A DNA stretch of 64,000 nucleotides from Eledone cirrhosa. Its lineage: Eukaryota. Below, piece after piece: positions 15,137 through 26,091 of the stretch (positions within the stretch are counted from its first letter, which is position 1; each line of letters begins with the position of its first letter). The stretch is taken from positions 356,252,001 through 356,316,000 of the forward strand of contig OZ024740.1 of the NCBI GenBank assembly GCA_964016885.1. The letters are read 5' to 3'. The notes beneath the pieces were generated by a model that was not told the origin of the DNA, did not search any database, and saw nothing but the letters and a program-made list of their open reading frames with translations. The position numbers and the translations under genes are program-made.

Positions 15137-15140
<4 letters not shown>
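14924..15140. repeat. Fold-back element in (TA)n: 68-bp arms at 14924-14991 and 15031-15098
   Basis: Arms are reverse complements with about 3 mismatches. The right end resembles the reverse complement of 28448-28535. Confidence 0.8.
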
Positions 15141-15191
<51 letters not shown>

Positions 15192-15199
15192 CCAGTAAG

Positions 15200-15293
15200 A
15201 CCCCGACAGCTGAGCTCAAGCCGTTTCGACGGCTAATTCTGGACTAAATGAAAATTTATCCTGGTATTTAAATAGCCGATCTTCTCAAGGGGT
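15200..15293 (-). ncRNA. Type I hammerhead ribozyme with UUGAGAA (U3-A8) core
   Basis: Minus strand reads acccc TTGAGAA ga(t)cggcta...tagccgtc GAAA cggc ttgagctca gctg TC ggggt. Confidence 0.8.
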
Positions 15294-16383
15294 AATTCCA
15301 TATATGGTCAAAGTGATTGTCAAAAATCAGTAGTAATTCTGTGGTTGCAAATTAGTAGGGGAGATGGTGGCTAAACCTGCCAGTAGGAGAAAGAGGGGAG
15401 GGGGTGGAGTAGACCCAATCAAGCGTTGGTAGTGCCAGCTACAGCTGGGCATGAGGTCAAAGAAGATACAGGGGAGGGGGAGGGGGAGGAAGTCGGAACG
15501 GTAGGTAGAACAATGGGGGGTAGAAATATAGGAAGGAAAAAATACTGAGAGTGAAGAAAAAAGTAAAGTAAATTAAATTCTACGACCTAGGTGTCAGGCT
15601 ATTGTTAGGCTAGAATAAAATAAAGAAAGAAAGAAAGAAATAAAGAAATAAAGAAATAAAGAAATAACGAAATAAGTAAAAGAACTAGGTGGGACGGAAT
15701 AGGCAAAGACCCTTATAAGAGGTATAAGTACGTAAATGATACGGTGACGGGTCAACAAAAGGGGCCAAAATACTAAAGAGACTACCACGAAATAAACAAT
15801 AAAGGTTTCCATCCCGGGCCAGCAACGACCCAGTGCAGCAAAGTGAACTTGTACGAGATAATAATTCTGAGTCCCGAGAAAAATATATACTAATGCTAAC
15901 TCTAAAAGATCTAAAACAAGCTACATGAAAGTTCGTACGAAATAAAGGTAGAATACGGAGAAATAAAATCAGAATCCACCCCGCCCAGAAGAAAAGCGAA
16001 GCAAGAAATACTGAAACGAAAAAATAAGGCATAAGTGCCACTAAGAAATATAGAGGGCACAGAGAATAGTGGGAGCGGTCGGAAAGAGGGGGCAAGTATC
16101 CGGGGTCTAAGCCAACTGCTATAAAGGGCGGAGTCCGCCAAATCTATCATAGACTAGGGGAGGGGGTGGTGGGGGTACTAAGGCTACATGGGGCCAAAGG
16201 GCAGCCTCGGGTGGGCGAGAAAAGACGCCGACAAAGGAGAAGAGCTGGGGTAGAAAGACAAAGGAGAGAGGGGGGAAGGAAATAAAGGAAGCGATAAAAG
16301 AATACAAAGAAGATCTTACGTCTTCCTTGGCAAGCAGGGGTTACCCATTGCAAAATCGGCAAGTGGGGTGTTATAGCCCTAGT

Positions 16384-18090
16384 CTACCCCCCCGGGTTAT
16401 TATGGGGTTTGAGGGCGAGGTAAGTCCTACGCAATCTATGATTACATGCAGTAACCAGTTCATCTTTCTTGTTTAGGAGTTGGTCCGTCGAAAACAGCAT
16501 TTGTAAAGTTTCCTCCGAGCATAAATTGCACGGACGGCGTCCTCCCGTGTAAGAATTGGCTCTGGACAGTAATCTCCAAGTGAGATCATAGGTGATGTTG
16601 TTGTCCTTGAGGTCCCATATGTGGCCCGAAAGTGTAGTGGCGTGACGCCGGGCCGGGTTTCGGAAGGTATGTCTATGTTGGTATAGCCGGGTCTTGAAGT
16701 CACATGCGGTAAGTCCTATATAGGCTTTGTTGGAGGTATCCGTCCTCACGTTGCACTGGTAGATCACATTACGGTCTCTGCATCTATTGTGGAGTGGGCA
16801 AATAGATCTATCCGGGCTGTTACACCTCCTGGTCGGTTCTCCACTGCTATTTAGGTTATTTCTGCCATCGGGGTTGAGTTTATTGTTGTTAGAGGAGACG
16901 ATGTTTTGTGCGAAGTTTGGTGTAGTGCTGTAAGAGAGTTTGATGGTATTTTTGTTAATTATGTTGTGGTAGCGGTGTTGTAATGGGAAGTGTTTTTAAA
17001 TGAGCCTAAAGAATAGTTTCCCGATGGGAGTAGTCACCTCTGCGTTGTGGGGAGGATTGAACCATGTTACATTGCGTGAGCGGCGGTGTCTCCTGCTGGT
17101 TCCGCTAATGGGAGCTGGACAGTAGGATATTTCCTCCCGGAAACCACTCCGCTTGAGGGCCTGGTTGTAATAAGGCGCATGTTCATCGAATATCCGCTCA
17201 TTATCTGACAAACGGGATATGCGGAGGGAGATGTTTTTGACCAGGTTGTTTGTGATGTTCCTAGGATGGTTTGATCGGCGGTGGATGTAGTGCAGATTGT
17301 CATTAGGTTTCCTGTATGGGTAGTACAGGTCGTTTTCGAGGTCTAGGGTCACGTCCAGGAAGTTTACTCGGGTCAGGGACGTTTGTAGGGTTATTTTGAA
17401 TCCCCAGTCGCGGAAGAATCTGATTAATTGTTTCCGGACCCGATCTGTACTACTGGGGTTGTACCCTTTAAGGGTAATGAGCCCATCATCACGGTACAAT
17501 CCACCACCGAATGCAGGAAACATATCAGTGAGTTTGGCTATTAGGAATAATCCTATAAGATCTGTGACCTCCGCCGAATCCGTGGCGCCCATGCTGACGT
17601 CGAAGGGTGAGTCGGGAGCTCTTTTTATCCATTTAGAGTCGTCAAAGAGTAAGACTGTCTTCCTGGCGTGGAGGATGATTTTTCTTTCCTGGTCGGTGAT
17701 GGGCACAAGTGTTTCGGCGAAGTCCAAGGCGGCAGTAAGTAGCGGTAAGGTGATTGAAGCATAGTAGCTCTCTATGTCGAACTGTATGAATTTAGTTTCT
17801 CGTTTATCCTCCATATTGCTGAACCAGGAGATTACTTCCTGGGTGTTGATCCATAGGCTAAGTCGGGTGTGTTGCTTGACTTTTGGTATCACGCGGTCTA
17901 GGATTTTTTTGCTGATTCTCCCTATGTCGGACTTCGTTGGGTTAATAAGCCTGATAGTGGGTTTACGGTCAAAATCGGATTTATGGTCCTTCAGTGTGAA
18001 GTATGGTGTCCGTGGGTCTAGAGGTTCCGTGCGGTCGGCGACCCCGAGGCTGGAGGTGATTTGTTGTCCATCTCGATTTATGTCCTCGAT
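16384..18090 (-). pseudogene. PLE reverse transcriptase plus GIY-YIG endonuclease; 5'-truncated, one in-frame TAA (16996-16998)
   Basis: Motifs YFTLKDHK, RLINPTKSDIG, FIQFDIESYY, FDVSMG, GLYRDD, NFLDVTLD, WFNPP, CNSPDRSICPL, VIYQC..AYIGLT, CNLCSEE and CNH. The two ORF-track segments are in the same frame. Confidence 0.92.
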
Positions 18091-18157
18091 GCAACCACAT
18101 TTGCAACCACAGAATTACTACTGATTTTTGACAATCACTTTGACCATATATGGAATT

Positions 18158-18251
18158 ACCCCTTGAGAAGATCGGCTATTTAAATACCAGGATAAATTTT
18201 CATTTAGTCCAGAATTAGCCGTCGAAACGGCTTGAGCTCAGCTGTCGGGGT
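18158..18251 (+). ncRNA. Type I hammerhead ribozyme with UUGAGAA core (inverted pLTR copy)
   Basis: Stem I acccc/ggggt; TTGAGAA at 18163-18169; GAAA at 18224-18227; GTC at 18244-18246. Confidence 0.8.
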
Positions 18252-18343
18252 CTTACTGGTTCCTATTACCCACTCTACTACCTCAAGTATTGAGTACTTT
18301 GGTGCGTTATGGTCCACCTGGTTCCTTACCACATTTCCTTCGT

Positions 18344-18369
<26 letters not shown>

Positions 18370-18374
<5 letters not shown>

Positions 18375-19345
18375 GAAGTAATTCCGTCGGAAAGGTCCAG
18401 GAAAAAAGATTGCTCTATGTAGGTTACAGAGCTTAATAGTTATGTAATAAATAACATAAGATAATTATTTCATTTACCAGCGGTTTCTTGAAAGCAAACA
18501 GAATTTGCTTTCAATCATCAAAATGAAAAAATCCTGGTGTATTTATTGACAGTGGATTTTAAAAACAAAAATATAATCTATATGAAAGTGAGGCTGGAAA
18601 AGGAAGAAGGAAATGAAAATTAAACAAACATGCACACACACACACACACACATATACATACACACATATATACATACATATATATATATCCATACACATA
18701 TATATACATACATAAACATATACATACACGTACAAATACACACACATATACATAAACATACATACACACATATATATCCACATATCCATACATACACAAA
18801 TACACAAACACACACACATGTATATATGTATATATATATATATGTGTATATATACATAATCATACATATATACACACGTACATACACATACACACATACA
18901 CACATATATACACGCATACATACGCACACACAAATATAGATATATGTACACACACCTACATACGCACACACAATCAATTATAATAAAAATATAATAAAAA
19001 TAAAAAAACAATAGACGACCATATATGCCGTCACATAAGAATAAAAATAAATTAAAAAATTATTATAAAGTTGACAGCGATACAGGAAACAAATAAATGA
19101 ACAAACACACGTGGTAAGCAATACACACAATTACACATACACATACATACATATAAATAAATACATACACACACACACACATACATATACATATACACAT
19201 ACATATACATACACATATACATGCACATACATACATATATATATACATACATACACACACACATACATACATATACATACACACACATGTATGTGTGTAA
19301 AACTCATTCTTAGATGTATTCATTGAACCTTGTTTAACTCTTAAA
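18370..19345 (-). mobile_element. Non-coding HHR-bearing element with a degenerate (TG/TA)n body
   Basis: 18436-18840 is the reverse complement of ~24880-25293, including the irregular microsatellite pattern. Confidence 0.7.
18468..18528 (-). ncRNA. Type I hammerhead ribozyme, TTGATGA core
   Basis: Stem I tttcatt/aatgaaa; perfect 11-bp stem II ttgaaagcaaa/tttgctttcaa; GAAA; stem III acc-gct-ggt; GUA triplet. Confidence 0.72.
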
Positions 19346-19407
19346 TATATATATATATATATATACAATATATTAACAAATGGAAACGATATTTATAAAA
19401 CCATATT

Positions 19408-19473
19408 TATTTCATTATACATATTTCAAGGGCCACCAAGGCAGATTATGGTGCGCTTTCATCAGATAAAATA
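19408..19473 (-). ncRNA. Type I hammerhead ribozyme (relative of the element A pLTR)
   Basis: Minus strand reads tattttat CTGATGA aagcgcacca...tggtggccctt GAAA tatgta TA atgaaata. Flanks 19366-19511 are homologous to 14555-14700. Confidence 0.72.
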
Positions 19474-19598
19474 TAATACAGATTAGTTTTATAAATAAAT
19501 ATTGACATACCCTGAAAAAATGCAACCTTACCGGTTGGAGCTTCCTGGTTATAAAAATATTTTAGCTTGTTGTATCCCAACAAATTAAATATAACCTC

Positions 19599-19725
<127 letters not shown>

Positions 19726-20078
19726 AATATATAAGATCAAAAGATGGTTAAAAGAGTTCCATGTATTTTATTATGCGCGTTTCAAAAACAAATATCATCA
19801 TGCAATAACATTTGCGTTTTCATCATATGTTGATTTAAAACTGCACCATTCACAAGTGTATTTTAACCTTCATATAATGTCTCCCTATTTTATCTGATGA
19901 AAACGCAAATGTTATTGCATGATGATATTTGTTTTTGAAATGCGCATAATAAAATACATGGAACTCTTTTAACCATCTTTTGATCTTATATATTAATATT
20001 TATACTCCAGTCCTACTGTAGAGTGCTACTTATCCGATATCTGCATTGCTTTATTGTACTACAATAAAACTCACCCCC

Positions 20079-20080
<2 letters not shown>
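19726..20080 (+). mobile_element. Short non-coding PLE-like insert with 100-bp inverted arms (19726-19825 and 19895-19994)
   Basis: The arms are reverse complements with one mismatch seen and contain the HHR. Flanked by (TA)n on both sides. Confidence 0.8.
19886..19956 (+). ncRNA. Type I hammerhead ribozyme, canonical core
   Basis: Perfect stem I tattttat/ataaaata; CTGATGA; long AU/GU-rich stem II; GAAA; palindromic stem III atgcgcat; AUA triplet. Confidence 0.8.
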
Positions 20081-20152
<72 letters not shown>

Positions 20153-20193
20153 AAAATACATAAATATTATATATATATATAAGAAAATACATA

Positions 20194-20252
<59 letters not shown>

Positions 20253-20331
20253 AAAATACATAAATATTATATATATATATATAAATGTTGTCCTCACCTG
20301 AAATCACATCTGATCTGTAACTGGATTGACA

Positions 20332-20372
20332 TCAAGGTGGTTGAGTCATCTATGATGACTCAGCCACCTTGA
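20332..20372. repeat. 19-bp hairpin with a 3-nt loop
   Basis: tcaaggtggttgagtcatc-tat-gatgactcagccaccttga (one G-T pair). Confidence 0.85.
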
Positions 20373-20881
20373 ACTTCTTCTCTGCTCTCTACGCCTTACA
20401 TCCACTACGATTTTTATTACTTTCTGAACTCACTTTCTGTACTCTTATATTCTTTTTCTCCCTTATCTCCCCTTATATTTAAACTTTTTCCTATGTCATT
20501 TATTTTCCTTATTCCCCCCTACTTTCTACCTTACCCTTTACATACCTACCTTTTATATTTTTAGATATTTATTTCTGTGTATGTGTGTGTTGTGTATATG
20601 TGTATATATGTATATATATATATGTATGTATATGTATATGCATATATAATTATATATATCTGTATGTATATGCATGTGTGTATATAATTGTATTTTATAT
20701 GTATCTGTTGTATATGTATGTGTATATATATATATATATATATAAATATATATGTGTGTGTGTGTTTTTATATGTGTGTTTGTATTTTTATTAAGGTGAT
20801 GACGTAACCTTTTGTAGATATATGTGTGTGTGTGTGTATATGTGTATTTTTATATATATGTTCATGTGTGTATATATATAA

Positions 20882-20930
20882 TAGCCCCAGAAACGGCTTG
20901 AGCTCTGCCGTCGGGGTCATACATTTTCCT
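20882..20930 (+). mobile_element. HHR 3'-half fragment related to the element-B pLTR
   Basis: tagcccca GAAA cggc ttgagctct gccg TC ggggtc. Confidence 0.7.
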
Positions 20931-20955
20931 ATATGTATGTATATATATATATACA

Positions 20956-22886
20956 GGGATTAATAGACTTGAATCTAATAAGTTTATCCAATTCGATATT
21001 GATGCCTACTACACATGAATTTCACCCATCCTCCTCAATAAAGCTTTAATGTTGGCCATGAGAGTGTCCAGCCTTACAAGATCACAGGTAGATATTATAC
21101 TAGCAGCCCGTAAAACTATTATTAAATTTGAGGACACATTTTGGACCCGTAAAAACACGCCCAATAATTTCGACGTTACAATGGGTTCGAGTGATTCGGC
21201 CCAGGTTACTGATCTTGTTGGGTTGTTCCTCCTTAATGAACTATACGCTACCTTCCCGCACCTTATAGGCGGACTATATCGTGATGATGCATTGTTTGTA
21301 ATTAACTCTAGCACCAACAATGTATAACATAATAAGAAGAAGCTTTATAAGTTTTTTAAAAGCTACAACCTTTCGATCACGATAGATAGAAATGATAGAG
21401 CGGTTAACTTTTTAGATGTGACTTTGGACTTGGTCACTAATAGTTTTAAACCCTTCCATAAGCCTAATGAAATTCTTTCTTATGTTAGCCCCAATTCTAA
21501 CCACCCTAAGTCTATGATAAGCTCTATAATAAAGGGCGTATCTAATAGGATTTCCACACTCTCTAAGGACATAGGAACATTTAATGAACATGCGGAGTAC
21601 TACAATAATGCCCTAGCAAATTCAGGTCACTCTAGTAAAATACATTATAATAATAGTAACCTTAGAAAGTCTCTGCTTACTCTTAACAATAATAACATAA
21701 TATCACACAACATGGCCATGAATGGGAGTAGCAAATATAGTAACCGTAGAGATTATATAGGTGTATCCGAACCCATCCATAAGTTAACCCACCGGACTCG
21801 TAATAGCAAATATAATACCTCTAAGAGATAAGTTGAACCCCCTGTGCGCTCACGCATTGGTGTTGGTTTTGCTGGATCTTATTCTAATAATGTTGCTCCT
21901 ACTGATCCTATCATTGGCCCTAATCCTTTTGAAGGGATTCCGGACAACAGCAGATCTACTGGAGGTAGAAACTATAATAGACATAACGAAATTATGGCTG
22001 ATTCTATGAATGTGGCTTTAACTAATCCTTGTAGTAACCCTAGTCTCGATGGTGGGACATTTGATAAAGGTAGGGTCGGTAAGAATAAAAATAGAAGGCG
22101 ATTAAATACTTATTTTAACCCGCCATATAATCAGGATGTATCAACTAATATCCCTAGGTCTTTCTTCACTATCTTAGAGAAAAATTTCCCCCCTTCTCAT
22201 AAATACCATGGTATTTTTAATAAAAATGTTATTAAACTCTCATTCTCTACCACCCCTAATATTAGTTCTCATTTAGCTAGCACTAATAATAGGAAAATTA
22301 GGGATGGATTCTCCTCTCTACATACTACTAGTCTGAACGGATCTGACAATGCTTTACCACCAGAACAGTCCTTATCTAATAGAAATCCTACGTGTAATAC
22401 ATCACCACTCGAGCCAACCAATAACACCCGGAAGTGCAATTGTAGAGTGAGTGCTAACTGCCCTTTAAACGGTAACTGCCTTTCTAAGAACATTGTCTAC
22501 GCTTGCGAAGTTATAACTAATTCCTCTAATAGAACTTATATAGGATCTACTTCAAACACTTTTAAGACAAGGTTTAACTCCCATATCTCTAACTTCAACA
22601 TGCTAGGTTTAAGAATTCTACTTCTTTAGCGCATTATATCTGGGATCTTAAGGGAGCTTATATACCATATAGCCTTAACTGGCGTTTAGTAGCACGCTCT
22701 AACCACCTTTCTACACATACTAAGTTTTGTAATCTCTGTATCCTTGAGACACACTCTATAATTTTCTCTAGCGTATCCTTACTTAATAGAAAGTCTGAGA
22801 TATTCTCTTCTTGCCCCCACGCTATTTCTAATTCTTACTTTTATTATAAACCCAAATGTTCTAGTAGTACAAATTGTACCCATTAG
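20956..22886 (+). pseudogene. PLE RT plus GIY-YIG endonuclease pseudogene
   Basis: Motifs FIQFDIDAYY, FDVTMGS, GLYRDD, NFLDVTLD, YFNPPYN, CNCRVSANCPL, IVYAC..TYIGST, FCNLCILE and SSCPH. Stops at ~21013, 21325 and 21829; frameshift near 22610. Confidence 0.9.
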
Positions 22887-23831
22887 CAGATATATTCCAT
22901 TATTTTTTAGTTTAGGTTCTTTTGTTTGCCAACATTATTGTTATCATCATTATTACCATTGGTTTTTGATGACCCTTTATTCTAGCTCTCATAATCATTT
23001 GGCTACTGTACCATATCTGTCTTCTTACGCATTATACTTTCACTATTACACCTTGTGAATATATATAAGATTACACACTTTACGCCATTTACTTTATTTT
23101 ATTATTATCTTCATTTTTATTTTTATTTTTATTTTTAATTTTATTTTTGTTTTTATTTTTAGTTTTATTCAGATTCATCCTTGGATAACCCCCCTCCCCC
23201 TCCCCCCATGCGCACATAAACTTATTGTCAACCCCTCCAAATTGACTATGATTATATTTACCCCCCCTCTTTTACGCTCCGTTCTATTATTTATTATAGT
23301 AGATCGACTATATTTTATGCCCCTTTGCATACTCCATTTATTTCTTCAATTCTGTCCCCATTAGCCTACCTTAATTCTACTTAAGTCAGTTTTTTAGATA
23401 TCGTTATGTATATGATAGTAAAAAATTTCATTCCTTTTTGTAAACATTTGTAACGAAACATTAAAGTTTATAAACTTTAATGACTTAAACTATAGCTAAT
23501 ATTATACTACCTTATTAGATAGTTTTAATATTTTTAATATTAATTTATCAAATAGGGTTTTGAGTCATTTACAGTAATTGTTTTCCTTAGTTTTTACCTA
23601 ACTACTTAACCGCATGTGAGACCTAAATGTGTATATATTTGTTTTTGTTTTGTAATTTCCGGTTGATTATATTTATTTATTTTATTCTATATTTTATATT
23701 CTATTTACTATTCACTGTCTGGCATTTACTTACACATCCACATATGTCTGTCTACTAACCTTGTAATTATAAGTATTTATATATTATTTTATGTCAATTT
23801 ATTTTATATAATATATTATATTATATTGTAT

Positions 23832-24013
23832 TGTAATATTGATCCTTATTACTTACTGTTCATTATATGTAACATTATGATATTTAAACTTTATATATCA
23901 TGTAAGATGTCTGTATTTTTGTAATATTGTAATATTGATCCTTATTACTTACTGTTCATTATATGTAACATTATGATATTTAAACTTTATATATCATGTA
24001 AGATGTCTGTATA
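23832..24013 (+). repeat. Tandem duplication (~85-95 bp unit) in the element C 3' UTR
   Basis: ttgtaatattgatccttattac...gtaagatgtctgtat occurs twice. Confidence 0.85.
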
Positions 24014-24782
24014 TTTTTTTCTGTACCATCATAATTTTTTCTGTACCATCATAATGTTTTTTGAGTATTGTTTAATTTATTTTTCCTCATTTACTCTGTA
24101 ACCCAGTATGAATCGATTTGTATATATTGTTTATTGTAAATGTTAGTACATTGTTAACATATTATCATTATATTATTATTGTGACATCTATATTGTTTGT
24201 GTAAATTAACCGGGGATTATCTATTATATTGAATTATATAATTTTATTGTTTATTATTTATTATATGTGTTTCTTGTAATTATATCATATTATTACCTCA
24301 TGTATATTGGGTAGATGTATTGGTATTATTATTATTATTTTCACTCTTATCATCCTTATTTTTATATTCAAACTCCTAATAAGGTTTAATTTGTGTAGTT
24401 GAAGATAGATGTGCGTATTGTTGTATGTGTGTGTGTGTGCGCGCGTGCGCACATATATACATGTATATATTGTACCTTTTGATTTTTAGTTGTAATTTTA
24501 ATGTTGGTAAAGGTATATTATTATAATGTATTATATTAGATTACATTGTGTTATATATAATTCCTGCTCTATATAACCACCTTTGTTTAGCTTTAGGTTA
24601 TTTGCTTTCGACTATATTTGTAATATGATTCTTAATGTTATATACATCCTTAGTTATTCTTATTATATATTTTTATTATTTTTATTTTTATTATATATTT
24701 TTGCAAGACTTTAGTGTATGTACACTCCATATTCTTCGGAGCTTCCGGCTTGTATCTACCGATATTACTTCTTGTTGTTTTA

Positions 24783-24827
24783 ATTGCCCTGATGAGTCCT
24801 TAATAGGACGAAACATTGTCGGCTAAT
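24783..24827 (+). ncRNA. Minimal type I hammerhead ribozyme, canonical core
   Basis: gcc CTGATGA gtcct-taat-aggac GAAA cattg TC ggc, immediately followed by AATAAA. Confidence 0.88.
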
Positions 24828-24879
24828 AAAAACTTTTGATGTATTAAAGGCTTCTTTGTTTTACTCTCTTAATATATAT

Positions 24880-25293
24880 ATATATATATACATGTGTGTG
24901 TGTGTATGTTTGTGTATTTGTGTATGTATGGATATGTGGATATATATATGTGTATGTATGTATATGTATATGTATGTGTATTTGTACGTGTATGTATATG
25001 TGTATGTATGTATATATATATGCGTATGTATGTATATATATATATATATGTATGTATATATGTGTGTGTGTATGTATATGTGTGTGTATGTGTGTGTGCA
25101 TGTGTGTTTATTTTTCCTTTCCTTCTTCCTTTTCCAGCCTCATTTCATATAGATTATATTTTTGTTTTTAAAATCCACTGTCAATAAATACACCAGGATT
25201 TTTTCATTTGGATGATTGAAATCAAATTTTGTTTGCTTTCAAGAAACCGCTGGTAAATGAAATAATTATCTTATGTTGTTTATTACATAACTA
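24880..25293 (+). mobile_element. Second copy of the microsatellite-bodied HHR element
   Basis: Inverted homolog of 18436-18840. Confidence 0.75.
25202..25262 (+). ncRNA. Hammerhead motif with a mutated core (TGGATGA), probably inactive
   Basis: Same stems as 18468-18528, with one stem II mismatch and U4 changed to G. Confidence 0.55.
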
Positions 25294-25325
25294 TATATAT
25301 ATATATAAGAAAGTGAGTCCATAGA

Positions 25326-25371
<46 letters not shown>

Positions 25372-25469
25372 AGCTCGCACGCTCGTGATACATCAAATAC
25401 ACCGGCACGGATTTCTTCATTAAATGGTGGATTCTAGAAAGATTGATATCCTGCATTAATTAATCTAGG

Positions 25470-25845
25470 AAGTGTTATTTATGCACATATGATGTTGGCA
25501 TCGCCTTTGAAGTACACCCAAGGCATGGGCCCCGTGCTATCCACCTACAACAAAAATCTAACTCGCATCTCATAAAAACAATGCGGCACATTTATTTCAC
25601 CTCAATTGGCCTGCTCCCTTTAACATTACACCAAAACACATTAAAACAGAAACAGACCCCATAAAGTTGATAAAGTCTTTGGACAAATTCCTTCAAGAAA
25701 TAACGGATAAACATCCTACACTCCCTGCTTGAGTGGGCCATGCTGTCCAAATTGTGATTTGAAAGTCTTCGCTAGCTGGTGTTATTAAGTTAGGCATGGC
25801 CTGGGCCAATACTGGCCGAAACCTATGAAAGCTATCAAAGTTAAA
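25470..25845 (+). mobile_element. Decayed CR1/L2-type LINE 3' end
   Basis: Fragmentary translation YFTSIG...FNITPKHIK...SLDKFLQEITDKHP resembles the C-terminus of CR1/L2-group ORF2 proteins. Confidence 0.5.
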
Positions 25846-26091
25846 TATATATATATCGGCAGTTGATCGACTTTCGCCAATCGGACCGAAGAAACAATGT
25901 TTCCATTGGTCTTTCCAATTGTTAATACTCTCTATGAGTCGCAACTCCAGGTAGAGGGACAATGACATAACGCATCACCTGGTCCAGGAATCGAACACAC
26001 AACCTTACGATTGCGAATACAATTCTCTTACCACTCAGTAATAAATGCGAAGACTAACATCCGAAGAGCGATTGATAAGGATTATATATAC

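Larger units (their letters stand above)
15189..18345 (-). mobile_element. Hydra-type Penelope-like element B with an inverted pLTR at its 5' truncation
   Basis: RT plus GIY-YIG on the minus strand and a 1.2-kb 3' UTR. 15189-15352 is the reverse complement of 18099-18262. Both ends abut (TA)n. Confidence 0.93.
20955..24872 (+). mobile_element. 5'-truncated Hydra-type Penelope-like element C
   Basis: Decayed RT-EN frame, ~2-kb AT-rich 3' UTR, HHR plus AATAAA; (TA)n on both sides. Confidence 0.9.

Noticed and set aside
15594-16362. Hydrophobic minus-strand ORFs
   Set aside because: They lie in the pyrimidine-rich 3' UTR of element B and are a compositional artefact.
21013-21015. In-frame TGA in the element C RT as possible selenocysteine (known in some Naiad PLEs)
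   Set aside because: It aligns to Ser in element B (YYAS vs YYT*), not Cys. The copy also has TAA stops and a frameshift, and the element has a C-terminal EN, so it is not Naiad-type.
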